This document shows positions 9,839 through 22,700 of a DNA stretch of 64,000 bases, one piece after another. The notes beneath the pieces were generated by a model. It saw only the letters and a program-made list of their open reading frames with translations, did not search any database and was not told where the DNA came from. How positions within the stretch are numbered: the first letter of the stretch is position 1; each line of letters begins with the position of its first letter. This DNA is from Scenedesmus sp. PABB004 (Eukaryota). Where the stretch lies: assembly GCA_014905635.1 (NCBI GenBank), contig JABVCE010000021.1, forward strand, positions 372,001 to 436,000, in the 5' to 3' direction. Made by a program: the position numbers and the translations under genes.

Positions 9839-11782
9839 ATGACAAGCCTCCAGCGCTGCCGGTCAGGAGCTCCCCGCCGCAGCGCAGCGCCGACGCTCCG
9901 CTGGCCGGCGGCGGCGGCGCAGCAGCGGCGCAGCCGGCGCGCGCCGCTCCGCGCCGCGCTGCCGTCGGCCGCCGAGCGGCCGCCCAGCCGCTCCGGTCGG
10001 TCGACCAGTCCGTCAGGCATGACTCAGTCCGGCGACGCGCGCGAGCCGCTGCTGCCGGTGCTGCAGCGGGAGCAGCAGCGCGCGGAGCGCTCGTCGCCGC
10101 CGCCGGAGCCGCCGGAGCCGCGGCCGCCGCCGGCGGACTGGGGCAGCCTGCGGCTGCACAAGGGCGCCAAGGTCTTCCCCGCCACGGCCGCGGTGGGGCT
10201 GGGGCTGTTCCTGCGCTTCGCCGTGCCCACGCCGGACGGCGTCACCGAGCAGGTGCGCGGCCTGCCCCCGCTCACTGGGGGCCTCGCCCGCCCCGGCGCT
10301 CGCCGGCGCGCGCGCTGACCGCCGCCCGCCGACCCCCGCCGCCGCGCAGGGCTGGTCGCTGCTGGCGCTCTTCGCGACGATGGTGTCGGGCCTCGTGTTT
10401 GCGCCGCTGCCGACGGGCGCGTGGGCGCTGCTCGGCGCGGCGGTCGGCGTCGCGGGGCACGTGCTGACGTTTGAGGAGATGTTTGCCGCCAGCAACTCGT
10501 GCATCGTGTGGATGGTCGTCGCGTCCTTCTTCCTCGCAAAGGCGCGTGCGTGTGTGCTGCGTGCACAGCTGCGGCCGGCGCGCGGCGGGCGGCGCCGGCA
10601 GCGCGGCAGCGGCCGGCGGGCGGGGCGGCAGCGCGCGGGTGGCCCCCTTCGCCGCAGCGCGCTGCCCGAGCCCGCCGCCGCCGCCGCGGGCGCCGGCGCG
10701 CAGGGGTTTGAGAAGACCGGCCTCGGCGCACGCATCGCCAACACGCTGCTCACGCGCGTCGGCGGCGGCACGCTCGGCCTCGCGGTCGGCCTCGCGGGCG
10801 CGGAGGCGCTGCTGAGCCCGGTCATGCCGTCGACGACGTCCCGCGCGGCGGGCATCTTCATGCCCGTCATCTCAAGCGTCTCCGCCGCGGCCGGCAGCCT
10901 CCCGGGTGCGCGCCGCTGGACCCGCAGGGCTGCCGCGCGGCGCTGCTAGCTGCAGGCGCGGCGCGGGGCGGCGGCGCTGCGCGTGCCGGCGCGCCGACGC
11001 GGCCGCCGCCGCCGGCGCCCCGCCGTGCAGGGCAGCCAAGCCGGAAGCGCCTCGGCGCGTACCTGACTCAGAGCCAGTTCCAGTCTTCGGTCCACTCCTC
11101 CAACTTTGTGATGACGGCGGCGGCGCAGAACCTGCTGTGCCTGCAGCTCGCGGGCGCCGTCGGCGTCGCGCTGCCCGACCCGTTCGCGCTCTGGCTGACC
11201 GGCTCCTGCGTGCCCGCGGCGCTGGGTGCGCGGCGCCGGCGCGCCCGTAGCACGCGCAGCGCGCGCGGCGGCGCCCCCCTGCCCGCTCACGTCGCTCGCC
11301 CGGGGCCACCCGCCCGCGCGCGGTGGCGCGGGGCCGCCGCAGGCGTCGTGCTGACGCCGTGGCTGCTGTTCAAGCTGTGGCCGCCCGAGGTCACGTCCAC
11401 GCCTGACGCACCCGCGGCGGCGGCGGCGCGGCTGGCTGAGATGGGGCCGCTCTCGGTCGACGAGGCCATCATGGCCGCCACGATGCTCGGCGCGGTCGGC
11501 CTCTGGGTGCGCGCCACGCGAGCGCGCCGCCGCCGCCGCGCGGGGCAGGCCACGCGCGCGCGCACGTACGCACCTGTTGCGGCGGCCCGCCGCCGGGGCC
11601 GACGCGACGCGCGGCGTGCTCCGCGGCGCCGCGCAGGTGTGCGGCGGCTCGCTGGGCATCGAGCCTGTCACGACCGCCCTGCTCGCGCTGGGCGTGCTGC
11701 TGCTCACGGGCGTGCTGTCCTGGAAGGACTGCCTCTCAGAGAACCCGCCCTGGGTGGGCGCGCCGCCGCCGCCCGCGCGCAC

Positions 11783-11817
<35 letters not shown>

Positions 11818-12455
11818 GCCCCTCGCTCACCCCGCCTCGCCGCCCGCCCGCCCCGCCTCCCCGCCGTCATCGCCATCGCCACATCGCCGCTCGCAGGACA
11901 CGCTCGTCTGGTTCACCATATTAATCAGCATGTCGCTGGGCCTGCAGTCGGGGGGCGTGATCGGCGCGTTTTCGGGCTGGGCGGGCGGGCACCTCGCGGC
12001 CCTGAGCCTTCCCTGGCCGGCGCTCTTTGCGGGCCTTCACGCCGTGTTCTTCGTGGTGCACTACGCCTTTGCCTCGCAGACCGCCCACGTCGGCGCGCTG
12101 TACGCGCCCTTCCTGGCGCTCATGCTCGGCGCGGGTGCGCGGTGCTGCGCGCGGGGGCCGCCTGCTGGCGGGCGGGCGCTGCCGCGGCGCCGTCCCGACC
12201 GCCGCCGCGCCGCGCGCGCGCGCGCGCGTGCGCGCAGGCGTGCCGCCGCAGCTCGCGGCGATGAGCCTCGCCTACAACGTCGGTCTCTTTGGAAGCCTCA
12301 CCCACTACGCGAGCGGGCAGGCCGCGGTCTACACCGGCGCGGGCTTCCTGAGCACGCGCGACGTGTTTGTGCAGGGCGCCGCCGCGGCGGCCGCCAACCT
12401 GCTGCTCTGGGGCGGCGTCGGCATGGCCTGGTGGAAGGTGCTCGGCTGGTGGTGA
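9839..12455 (+). CDS. DASS-family dicarboxylate transporter (2-oxoglutarate/malate translocator, DiT-like); multi-exon
   Basis: GWSLLALFATMVSGLVFAPLPTGAWA, WMVVASFFLAK|GFEKTGLGARIA, LSPVMPSTTSRAAGIFMP, TAAAQNLLC, HYAFASQTAHVGALY, LTHYASGQA, WGGVGMAWWKVLGWW-stop. Confidence 0.93.
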
Positions 12456-12742
12456 TGGTGGGGCATTGCCGCGCGTGCGGACCGATTCTTTGGGCGTGAT
12501 GCACGCGGGGCGTTCATTCGTGCGGCGGCCGCGGTTTGGCGGCGGCCGCGGTTTTTTGCGGTTTTCTGAGCTTCGCCCGCGCCGCGGCTCCAGCGCTTCG
12601 GACGCTGGACGTATGCCTGCGCGCCGTGTGCGGACGCCTGCCGCGACGAGGGGACGCGCGGGCGCGCCGTGAAGGCAGCGAAAGGAACGAGCCGCACCAG
12701 GCCCGCGCCGCCCGGCGGCCGCCGCCAGCCCCGCGCAGCACC

Positions 12743-13854
12743 ATGGCGGACCTGGCGCGCATGATCGACAGCTACGCGCGCCAGACGAAGCAGTACGGTG
12801 GGCGAGCAGCGCGTGCGACGGCGGCGACGCGGCCGCCGACCGCCGCGCGCCGCGGCCCGCGCGCACCGCCCAGCGCTCAGCCGCCAGCAGCCCCCGAGCG
12901 CGCCCAGCACGCGCCTGGGCGCGCCCCACACGCGCCTGGGCGCGCCCGGATCGCTTCCCGGCGCCGCCGCCGCTGCGCCGCCCGCGCCACGGCGCCCGCT
13001 GCGCCCGCCGCGCGGCGCCGCAGAGGACAAGATCGCCGGCGCGGCGCAGCAGGCCGACGTCCTCACCAAGGTACCGCGGCGCTGGCCTTGTGTGGCGCGC
13101 GCAGCGGGCGGCGCGGCGCGGCGCGCTGCCCACCCACGCGCTGTGCCCCTGCTCCTCCGCCGGCCGGCGGCACGCAGGAGCTGGGGGAGGCGCGCGCGCG
13201 CGCCGCGGAGCGCCGTGCCGCCCTGCAGGACGCGCAGGAGCGGTGCGGGGAGCTGGCGTCGGAGGCGGAGCAGAAGCAGGGCACGATCGCCGCGCACCAG
13301 GCGCGCCGCGCGTGGGCCCCAGGGGGCCCGCACGCGCGCGTGGCACGGCCGCGGCCCACGCCGCGGCTGGGCCCCGCCGAGCGCCGCCGGGGCCGCGCCC
13401 GCCCGAGCAGGCCGCCAACGACGCCGCCAGGCGCAGCATCGCCGAGGCACAGGCGGTGCGGGGCGACACGCAGGACGCGCTGCGCGCGGCGCAGGAGGAG
13501 TTCATTCAGCGTGCGCGCGGCGGCGGCGGCGGCTGCGGCGTGCAGAGCTGCGCGGCGCGGGGCGGTCTGCGGCGCGCGCGCCGCGCGCGTCCAGCCGCCC
13601 GCCGTGCACGGTGCGCACGTGCGCACTGCGCAGGGAGCGCCGAGCTCGAGGCGGACGCGCGGCGCCTGCTGGACGAGCTGCGCGCCGCGCTGCGCAAGCC
13701 CGGCGCGCTGGAGGCGGTCAGCGCCGGCATGTCGGCGCCGGCAGAGGGCGGCCCCGGCGGCGAGGCGCAGGCGCAGCAGGCGGCAGCCGCGCTGGCTGAG
13801 CTGGTCGGCGGCGACGCGGCGGACGGTGCGGCGGCGCAGGAGCGCGGCGGCTGA
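12743..13854 (+). CDS. Hypothetical coiled-coil protein; spliced, 3' end uncertain
   Basis: MADLARMIDSYARQTKQY|EDKIAGAAQQADVLTK|ELGEARARAAERRAALQDAQERCGELASEAEQKQ..|AANDAARRSIAEAQAVRGDTQDALRAAQEEFIQ.. shows a heptad-like helical pattern across introns. Confidence 0.6.
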
Positions 13855-14109
13855 TCAGTCAGCGTGCGGGCCGGCGGCGGGCGGGCGGGCGGGCGTGTGG
13901 CACATTGATCCGCCGTGCCAGGCCGCTCCCGTGCGGCCGCACATTGCTCTCCCGATAGGGAGAGCAGCTGGCCAGCGCAGACGAGGCAGCCCGGGTGCCG
14001 GCGGCGCGCATCACCCCCGGCCGGCCGCTGCTCGGCCTCGGGACGCCGTCGCATGCGGCGGAGCTGAGCTCAGCCCGGCGCGTTGCGCCGACTTCACAAC
14101 CACCACCGC

Positions 14110-14272
14110 TCATCGCCGCGCACCCAGAGGGCAACAGAGGGCTGCCACCGAGCCGCATAGCCGATCCCAGCCAGCACTACTCGCTCGCCCGGCTGCCGCG
14201 CGGCGGCGCCGGCGGCGGGCGCCGCGCGCCGTGCGGCGCCGGCTGCGGCTCCGCGCCGCCGCCGCCGCCGCC

Positions 14273-14306
<34 letters not shown>

Positions 14307-16722
14307 GCGAGCTGCGGCTGCCGCGGCGGGAGCGCCCCGCCGCGTCGGCCTCTGCCTCTGCCTCGGCCGCCTCCTCCGCGTCGGGCGGCGCCGCCCACGC
14401 GCCGGCGCCGCCGCCGTCGTCGCCCTCCGCGCCATGCTGCAGCCAGCGCTGCTGCGCCAGGAACTCAGCGATGAACGAACGCTCGGCGGCGGGCACGCCG
14501 CCGCCGCCGGGCTCGGGCGTGCCGCGGCCGGCAGTGCCACTGCCGGCGGGCGCGGCCGCGGGCGGCGTTGCCGCACGGCCGGCCGGCGGCGGCGACGGCG
14601 GCGGCGCGGGCACGGGGCTGAGCAGCGCGCGGTCGCCGCCGCCGCCGCCGCCGGCAGGCGCGAGCGCGGGCGGCGGCGGCGGTGGCGGCGGGCTGCCGCC
14701 AGCGGGCGTGCCGGCGACCGTGCCCCTGCTGAGCAGCCTGCCGGCGCGACGGGGCGGGGCGCGTGAGCCCTGCGGCGCGGCAGCGCGCGCCGAGCGCAGC
14801 GGCAGCGCCTGGCCCGCGGTGCGGCCGCGCCGGGCGCGCGCGCGGGCGCACCGTTGCTTGCGCTGCACCTCCTGCAGCTCCTTTGCGAGTCGGCCCACCT
14901 CGCTGCCCTCCAGGGCCCGCTCCGCCAGCCACGACGCGGCATAGCCCATGCTGGAGGCGGCACGGCGGGGCAGCGGCGGTGGCGAGTCGGCGTGGCGTGC
15001 GCGGCGGCAGGCCAGCGGGCCGGCGCGGCCGCCAGGCTGCCGGCCGCGCGCGGGCGCGGCGGCGCCGGCCCGGCCCGCACCTGAACAGCACGGCCGCCTG
15101 GTAGCGTGTGAGGAGGCCAAAGAGGCTGCCCACGAAGAGCAGGAGGAGCAGCAGCAGGCCGAGCGCCGCGTCCGCGAGCCAGCAAAGCACGTTCACGAGC
15201 CGCCGCGCGGGCTGCCAGCGCGGCAGGAACGCGAGCAGCAGCCGGCCGACCAGGCGGGCGAGCTCAAACTCAACGTAAAACAGGCGCACCACGAGCGGGC
15301 CCAGCCAGCGCTGCGCGGCGCGCGGCGGGCGCGGCGGCGTTGAGGCGGCGCGGCGGCGCGCGCGCGCGGCCGGGGCAAGGGCGGCGCGGCGCGGCAAAGG
15401 GCGCCGCGGCGCGCGGGGCGCGCCTGGTCCTTGTGGTGGCGGCGGCCCTGGATGGCGAGAAAGACGACCAGCACCACCAGGCCCGCGCCGCCGGCGAGCT
15501 TGGCGCCAAACTTGATGAGCCGCGACATCACCGCGTGCCCCCGCACCGCCTCGAGCCGCGTCGCCTGCGCCCAGAACGCCCACAGCAGCAGCGCCGCCGC
15601 GTTGAGCATGCAGACCAGGAGCACAGACTTCCTGCGAATGGAGAGGCGGTGCGGTGGCGGCGCCGCGCCGCGCGCGTGCGTGGGGCGGCGGCCGCCGCCG
15701 CGGTGCCCGCCGGGCCGAGCGGCGCAGCGCCGCAGCACGCAGCATGCAGCAGCGCGCAGCGCGCTCAGCACGCTCAGCGCCGCACCACCAGGTGTCCAGC
15801 ATTCCCTCCACGGCGTAGCAGAGGATGACGGCCGAGGGGAGCAGGTAGAGCGCGCCGCTCAGCGCGCCCAGCGCGCGCCCGAGCTGCACGCCCGCGTCGT
15901 CGGCGGCCTGCGCGAGCTGCGCCTCGTTCCACTGCCGCCAGAGCAGGCGCCCCGCGCCGGCGGGCTGGTGGCCGCGCAGCCACGCGACAAACTCGCGCCC
16001 CGCCTCCTGCGCGCCGCCGCCGCGGCGCCGTGCGCACGTCAGGGCACGCCGCGGGGGGCTGCGCGCGGCGCTGCGGCCGCGCGGAGCAGCGCCGCGGCCC
16101 GCGGCCGCGCGGCGCGCCTTGTTGCGGTCCCACGAGAAGCCAAAGGGGTTGAACCACGCCGGCGCCATGAGCAGCCCCAGCACCACGAGCACGTAGCTCC
16201 AGACCGCCGCAAAGCCCATCGGCAGGCCCAGCGCGCCCGCGACGACCAGCAGCAGCAGCAGGTGCGCTGCGGCGGCCGCGGCGCGCGCGTGGGCGCGCGT
16301 GGGCGCGCGAGGCGGACGCCGGGCGGCGCGCGGTGGCCGTTGCCCGCCCGCGCCCTGGGCCAGCGCCGCGCGCGTGCCGCGTGCGCCGCCGCGCACCGCC
16401 AAACCACATGTGCGAGCGGGCGTACGCCTGGAAGAGGTCGACGAACGGCGTCGCCGCGAGCTTGTAGCCGCGCCCGGTCGCGCTGTACTTTGCGCCGCCG
16501 TACGCGACGTCCGACGCAAACGCGTGCGCCGTGGTCTGGCCGCGGAAGACGTAGAACAGCAGCGAGCCAGACACGAGCTGGCGCAGCACGTTTTTGAGCG
16601 TTGCGAGCAGGCCGTCCTCCTGGTAGGTGTGCGCGGCGGCGGTCGGGGTTTTGCAACGCAACGCGGTCGGGGTTTTGCAACGCAACGCGGCGGCGGGGCT
16701 ACGGTGCCGCGGGCGCCAGGGC

Positions 16723-16753
<31 letters not shown>

Positions 16754-19700
16754 GGCCGCCTCACCAGCCAGACGGTCGCCACGTACGTGAGCAGCGAGAG
16801 CGAGCCGAGCTGCAGCAGCTGCAGGCCGCCGACGAGGGTGAGCAGGTCGTCCACCACGGCGGCGCTCCCGCCGGCCGGCGCGGCCGCGCGGCGGCTGCTC
16901 GCAAAGAGCGCCAGCAGCAGCACCAGCCACGCGTTGACCAGCAGGCTGTACATCAGCAGTGCTGGGCGGCGAGCGGGCGCGCGGGCGCGCGCGGGCGGTG
17001 AGTGCAGGCGGTGAGAGCGGCGTGGCGCGGCGCGCGCGGCGCGGGGCGTGTGGCGGCCGCGGCGGCGGCGCGTGGCGGCACCGCTGCGCACTGGTGTTGA
17101 TGAAAAAACCGTTGCCTGCAGGGCCCGGCGCGAGGCGACACAGCGCGGCGTTGTTGGCGGCCAGGCCGCGGGCAGGCGGGCGGGCGGTCGGCGTGTGTGC
17201 GCGGTGGGGCGCGCGCGGGGCGCGCGGGCCCGCGGCCGCCGCGGCCCGGCCGGCGGCGCGGCACACCGGTGTGGTACCAGGTGAGGAGGCGCGGCATGCT
17301 GAAGCGCCGCGCGAGGCGCTGCACGTCGCGGCTGATGACCTGCTCGCCGTTGCCGCCCGCGATCTGCAAGGGGTTGCGCGGCCGGGGCGGCGGCGGCCGC
17401 GCGTGGCGCCGCGGAACGGGCGGCGGCGCGCACGGCGCGCGGCGCGGCCCTGGCCGCGCCGCGGCGCAGCGGGCGGACTCGCGCGGGCGCGCCTTGGCCT
17501 CAAAGGTGTTGATCGACTCGAAGCCCATGTCGCGGCCCTTGCCGACGGCGATGTAGTCGACGTACGCCACGCCGCGCCCGCGCAGCATCAGGCCGTACCC
17601 ACCAAACACGTCCTCGCTCACGTGCAGGCCCTTGGTCGCCTGCGGCGGCGGCGGCGCCGCCGGCGGCGGCACGTCGGCAGGCCGGCGGCTGCGGACGCCC
17701 ACGCCTCGACAGAGCCTTGGACTGCGTGTGGCGCAGCGCAGCGCCGCCGCCCGGGCCGCACCTTGCTCACGCCGCCGCTGGTCATCACGAAGAGCTTGTC
17801 CCACACGTCCGGGTGGCCGTAGTGGAAGCGGCAGCCGCCTGCGCAGCACGGCGGCGGGAGCGTGGGCGGAGCAGCGCAGCCCGCTGCCTGCGCAGCGGCC
17901 GCGGCCGGCCGCCTCGCGCAGCAGCCGCCCGGCGGGCGCGCGCCGCACCGGGGTTGTGCATCAGGCGCTGCACCGTCGTGCCGAAGCTGCGCTCCGTGGC
18001 GGCCGCAAACTCGGCGAGCGCGCCGCTGTCCTCGCTGAACACCCACTCCCTGAACCCCACCAGCGCGGGGCCGAGCCGCGCGCCCCGCCCGGCGCCGCCG
18101 CCACAGCGCCAGCGCCGCGGCGGCGCGTCGCGCGGCGCGCTGCGCACGCCCGCGGCGGCGCCGCCGGGGCCATCGAACTCTGCCAGCAGGTTGGGCAGCT
18201 TGAGCGCCTCGGCCAGGTAGGAGTCCTGGTTGCAGTCGATCGTCTGCAGCGCCTCGCCGTGGCAAAAGGGCAGCGCGTGGTTCTGGTTCTCTGGCTTGCC
18301 CTCGCCCAGGATGACGCCGCCGTTGGTCTCGAGGTTCATCGGCAGCCGGATCCTGCAGGCCGGGCCGGGGGCGGGGTCGGCGCTGCGCGGGCCGGGCGAG
18401 AGAGACCGCGCGCGGCGCAGGCGGCCCCCCTGCGCTCCCCCACACGCGCGCGCCCGCCGCGCAGCGCCCGCCGCGCTGTGCGCGGCGCGCACCGGTACTG
18501 CTCGGCCACGCCGCCGGCAGACTCGCTCCAGCGCAGCAGCACGCTGTACTGGCGCAGCAGCTGCGGCCCCGCGCCGGCCTTGGTGCGGAGGCGCGGCCCC
18601 GCGTTCACCGCGCCGCCGCCCGCCTGCGTGGCGCGCGCGCGCCGCCGTCCGCGTTGCCACCCATGCCGCGCCCGCGCCGCGCCCGCGCCGCGCCGCCGCC
18701 GCCCAGGTTGCTGCCCCGCCGGCCGCGCACCTGCACAGCCACCGCGCCCGGCGGCGGGGCGCTGAGGTTTTCGGTGTCTATGTAGGCCAGCGCCAGCGCA
18801 GCAGCGTAGCGCCGCGCGAGCACGGCGCGCACGCAGTGGCTCAGCCAGCGGCGCGGCACGCCGCCGTCATTCTGAAACTCGCCCAGCGCCTGACTGTGCG
18901 AGCGGGCGCGGGCGGGCGCGGCGGGCGCGCGCGGTGCGGGGCGCGGGGCGCGGGCGTGAGCGCGGCGGGCTGCGCGGCTGCCCGCTGCGGGCACGCGCGC
19001 CGCGGCGTGTCAGCCCAGCCGGCAGCGCCCCGCCGCCCGCCCGCCGCCCGTCGCGCCTCGACACGACGTAGCTGAACTTCTGCCTTGCCAGCAGCTGCGC
19101 CGCGCGCTGCACCACCGCCTCCAGCCACGCGCTGCGCTCGCGCGCGTCCACCGCCACGCTGTCGCCGCCGCCGCCGGCCGCCCCCGCAAGCGCGGCCGCC
19201 GCCGCTGTGAGCTCGGCCTTGCGCTGCATCAGCACCAGCTGCTGCAGCGCCTGGCGGGGCGCGGGCGGCGCGCGCGTTGGCGTGGGGGCGCGCGGCGCGG
19301 GCGCACGCGCCGGGCGCCGCGCGCGTGCACGAGCGGCACGTGGTGGCGGCGCCGCCGCCGCCTGGGTTTAAGGGTTTAGGCCGCTGCCGCCGCCTGGGTT
19401 TAAGGTTTTAGGCCGCTGCCGCCGCGCGCACCGAGTGATAGTGCATGATGCCATGGACGGTCCGCTCCAGCAGCTGCCCGCGCATGGACGCCCACACGAG
19501 CAGCTCCTCGCGCCAGCCGTGCAGCACGCCGCCTGCGGGCGGGCGGCCGCGGCGCCGCGCCGCGCGCCGGCGGCCCGGCGTCAGCGCGGCGCGGCCGCCG
19601 CAACGGCGGCGGCGCGGCCCGCCCCCGCTGCGCGCGCGTCGCGCGCCGCCGCGCGCCGCACCGGGCGCAAAGTGCTCGGGCGTGACGTCGCCGGGCTTGG

Positions 19701-22700
19701 CGGGGCAGGCGGGCCCCAGCGTCGCGCGCACGTCTGGCCGCGTGATGACGCGCTGCGCAAAGTTCTTCCACTCGGCCACGTACGTCGCCTGGAGATACTT
19801 GAGCGTCTGCGCGGCAGCGGCCGCGGGTGCGTGGGCGTGTGCGCGCGCCGCAGGCGGGCGGCTGCTGGCCCGGGCGCGGCGCCGCCGCGCGCCGGCGGCC
19901 GGCGGGTCCGGCGCGGCGCGCGCGCCTCGGTGCGCTCGCCGGCGGGCGTGAAGAGGGAGCAGGGGTCGCCCGGGCGCAGGCGCGGGGCGCCCATGTCGGC
20001 GAGCGCGGTGGGCTCGTCCAGGGCGTACAGCACGTCCTCCCCGTAGTGCGGCGTCAGCGTCGTCATGCTGGCGGCGTTATAACGCGCGCAGCGCGCTTAT
20101 GTGAGCCGGCGCTTGAAACGCGCAGCGGGGACGCCGGCGCGGCGCGCGCGCGCGCGTGTGCTTGCAAGCGCCGGCACGGCGGCGCGCCGCACCTGCGCAT
20201 GAGCGCGACCGGCGGCGCGGTCGGCAGCAGCGGGTTGTGCAGGGAGGAGGCGAAGAAGCACAGCACGCGCGCCGCCTCGGGGCTGGCCGGCGCCGCGGCG
20301 CCGCGCGTGAGCGCGAGCATGTCCAGCAGCCAGGCGGCCACCTGCTGCGGCAGCGCCGCCGAGGCGCGCCACGCGTCGGGCCGCGCGCCGCGCGCGCCGC
20401 CGCGCCCGCAGCCGCCTCGCCGAGCGCCTTGGCCGCGCCGCCGCCGGCCACGGCCGCCACGGACTTGAAGGCCTGCTCCAGCAGAAGCTGGCTGTCAATG
20501 TCAGACAGGTCAATGGCCTGCAGCGGTGCAGTGCAGTGCGGCACGGCGGCAGCGCGTCAGCGCGGCTGCGGGGGCGGCGGCGCCGGCGCGGCGGCGCGCG
20601 CGGCGGCGGCGGCGGGTGCGGCGCGGCGCGGCGCGCACCGGCGCGGGGCCGGCGTCGTCGCCGCCCGCGGCGGCGGCGAGCTTGGCGTGCAGGCGCTGCA
20701 GCAGGTCGCGGCAGTCGACGAGCGCGGCCGCGGCGGCCTCCACGGTGCGGCTGCTGGCCACGCGCGGCGGCGCGCCGCCGCACTCGGCCGCCAGCCGCCG
20801 CGCCTCGTCGGTGGGGACGAGCATCAGCTGCGCCAGCTCGTCCTCCTGGAGCAGCCCGAGCGAGGCGAGCAGCCAGGCGAGCAGGTTGAACGCGCGGCAG
20901 ACCGCCTCCTCCTGCGTGAGGCTGCTGATGCCGGCGGCCGCGACCTCGACCGCCGCGCCGGCGACGACAAACCTGCGCGCGGGCCGCAGCACGCGTCCGT
21001 GCCGCGTGAGCCCGGCGCCGCGTGGGCCCGGCGCCGCGCGGCGCGGCGGCGGCGGCGCGGCGGCGCGCGCGCCGTGCCTGGGCGGCAGCAGCCAGGCGCC
21101 CTGCGCCGGCGCGGCGCCGTGGGCGAGCGTCTCGTAGCGCAGCCGGGCCGCCTCGTCGTGGCTCAGGTGGTCGCGCGCGCGCAGGTCGCCCACGACGCTG
21201 TCCCACGCTGCAGCAAAGAGCACCTCTGACGGCGGGCAGCGCGGCACGCAGTCCAGGAGCGGCGGCGCCGCGGCGCGCGCCCCGCCGCCGGCGCCGGCGC
21301 CGGCGCCGCCGACGCTGCTGGCGCGCCGCGACACGGCCGCCGCGGCGGCCGCCTCGGCGGGCACGTGCGCGCTGGCGGGCAGCAGGCGCTGCGCGAGCTT
21401 GCGGCTGAGCCCGGGGAACGCCCAGACCAGGTCGCCGACGCCCCTGCGCGTGCCGGGCGGGGCGGCGTGAGCGGCCCACCTCCGGTTCCCCCCGCCGGCA
21501 CGCGGCGCGGCGCCCCCCGCGCCCGCAGCTGCCGCGCCGCGCGCACTTGACGTGGCCCACGCGGCGGTGCAGGCCGAGCACGGCGGTGCTGTAGAGGGCA
21601 CCCACGAGCTGGAAGATGAGGCCGGTGTCATAAAAGACCAGGAACGCGGCGGCGACCCACATGCTCCACACCAGCAGCACCGCGTCGACCCACGCCCACC
21701 CGCTCGCGGGCGGCAGGCCAGAGTCGAGCGGTGGCGAGAGGCGCGAGAGCAGCGCGCGCGCGGGGCCCTGGCGGCGGGCAGCGGCGGCGGCGGGTTGTGG
21801 CGGCGAGCGCGGGCGAGGCGGGGAGGCGCGCGCCCTCTCTCGTTCTCCATCTGTCTCTGTCTGCCTCGCGCATGCGCGCGCGCGCATGCTGCCCTGCCAG
21901 CCCAGCACACGCACCTGTGCGAGCGGGCGCAGCACGACGAGGAAGTCAAAGAGAAACTTCAGGCACAGCACGACGCCCCACAGCCCGCACGCGGCGGCGT
22001 AGCGGGGCAGGTCGTGGCTGCCCGACAGCGCAGAGTACGGGAAAAAGTGCTCCGCGGAGCGCCTGCGGCGGCGGGCAGGCGGGCGGGCGTGGGGGGTGTG
22101 AGGCACTCGTGCGCCGACGGCGCGGCAGGCGGGCGCTGCCCCGCCCGCCGGCCTGTTGGCCCGCTGGGGCGCCGGCGCGCCGCCCCGGCGCCGGCGAGGC
22201 AGGCGCGCTCACCGAGCCTCCTTGTGGCTGAGGAAGCCCAGCCAGCCCTGCGCGCGCGGCGGGAGCGCCTCCGCGCAGCGCTTGGCGAGCTGGTGCAGCG
22301 CCCACGCCGCGCCGTACGCGGCCGACGCGAGCGCCCAGAGCGGGACGCGGCCGCCGCCCGGCAGCGCCGGCGTGCGGCCGCCGAGCGCGCGGTGCAGCGG
22401 CCAGCTGGGCAGGTGGCTGTCGAGCAGCACCCACACGCAGCCAAACCAGAAGAGCAGCGTGACGCAGTTGTGTGCCGCGAGCGCCGCGCCGCCGTGCACG
22501 GGCGGCGACACGCGCACAAGCGAGCCCTCGCGCTGCCGCCGCGTCTCCCACTGGCGCGCCCACCACGCCGCGGCGCGCGACGCGGGCCCGCGCGCCGCCT
22601 TGGCCGGCGCGCCGCCGCCGGCGAGGTCGCCGCCCGTCTCGGGCGCGGGCGCCTGCACCCGCACCGCGCTCGGCGGCGTGACGAGGTGCAGAATGGTCAG

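Noticed and set aside
16639..16686. 24-bp tandem duplication gcggtcggggttttgcaacgcaac
   Set aside because: A simple two-copy slippage duplication inside a callose synthase intron, with no other copies seen.
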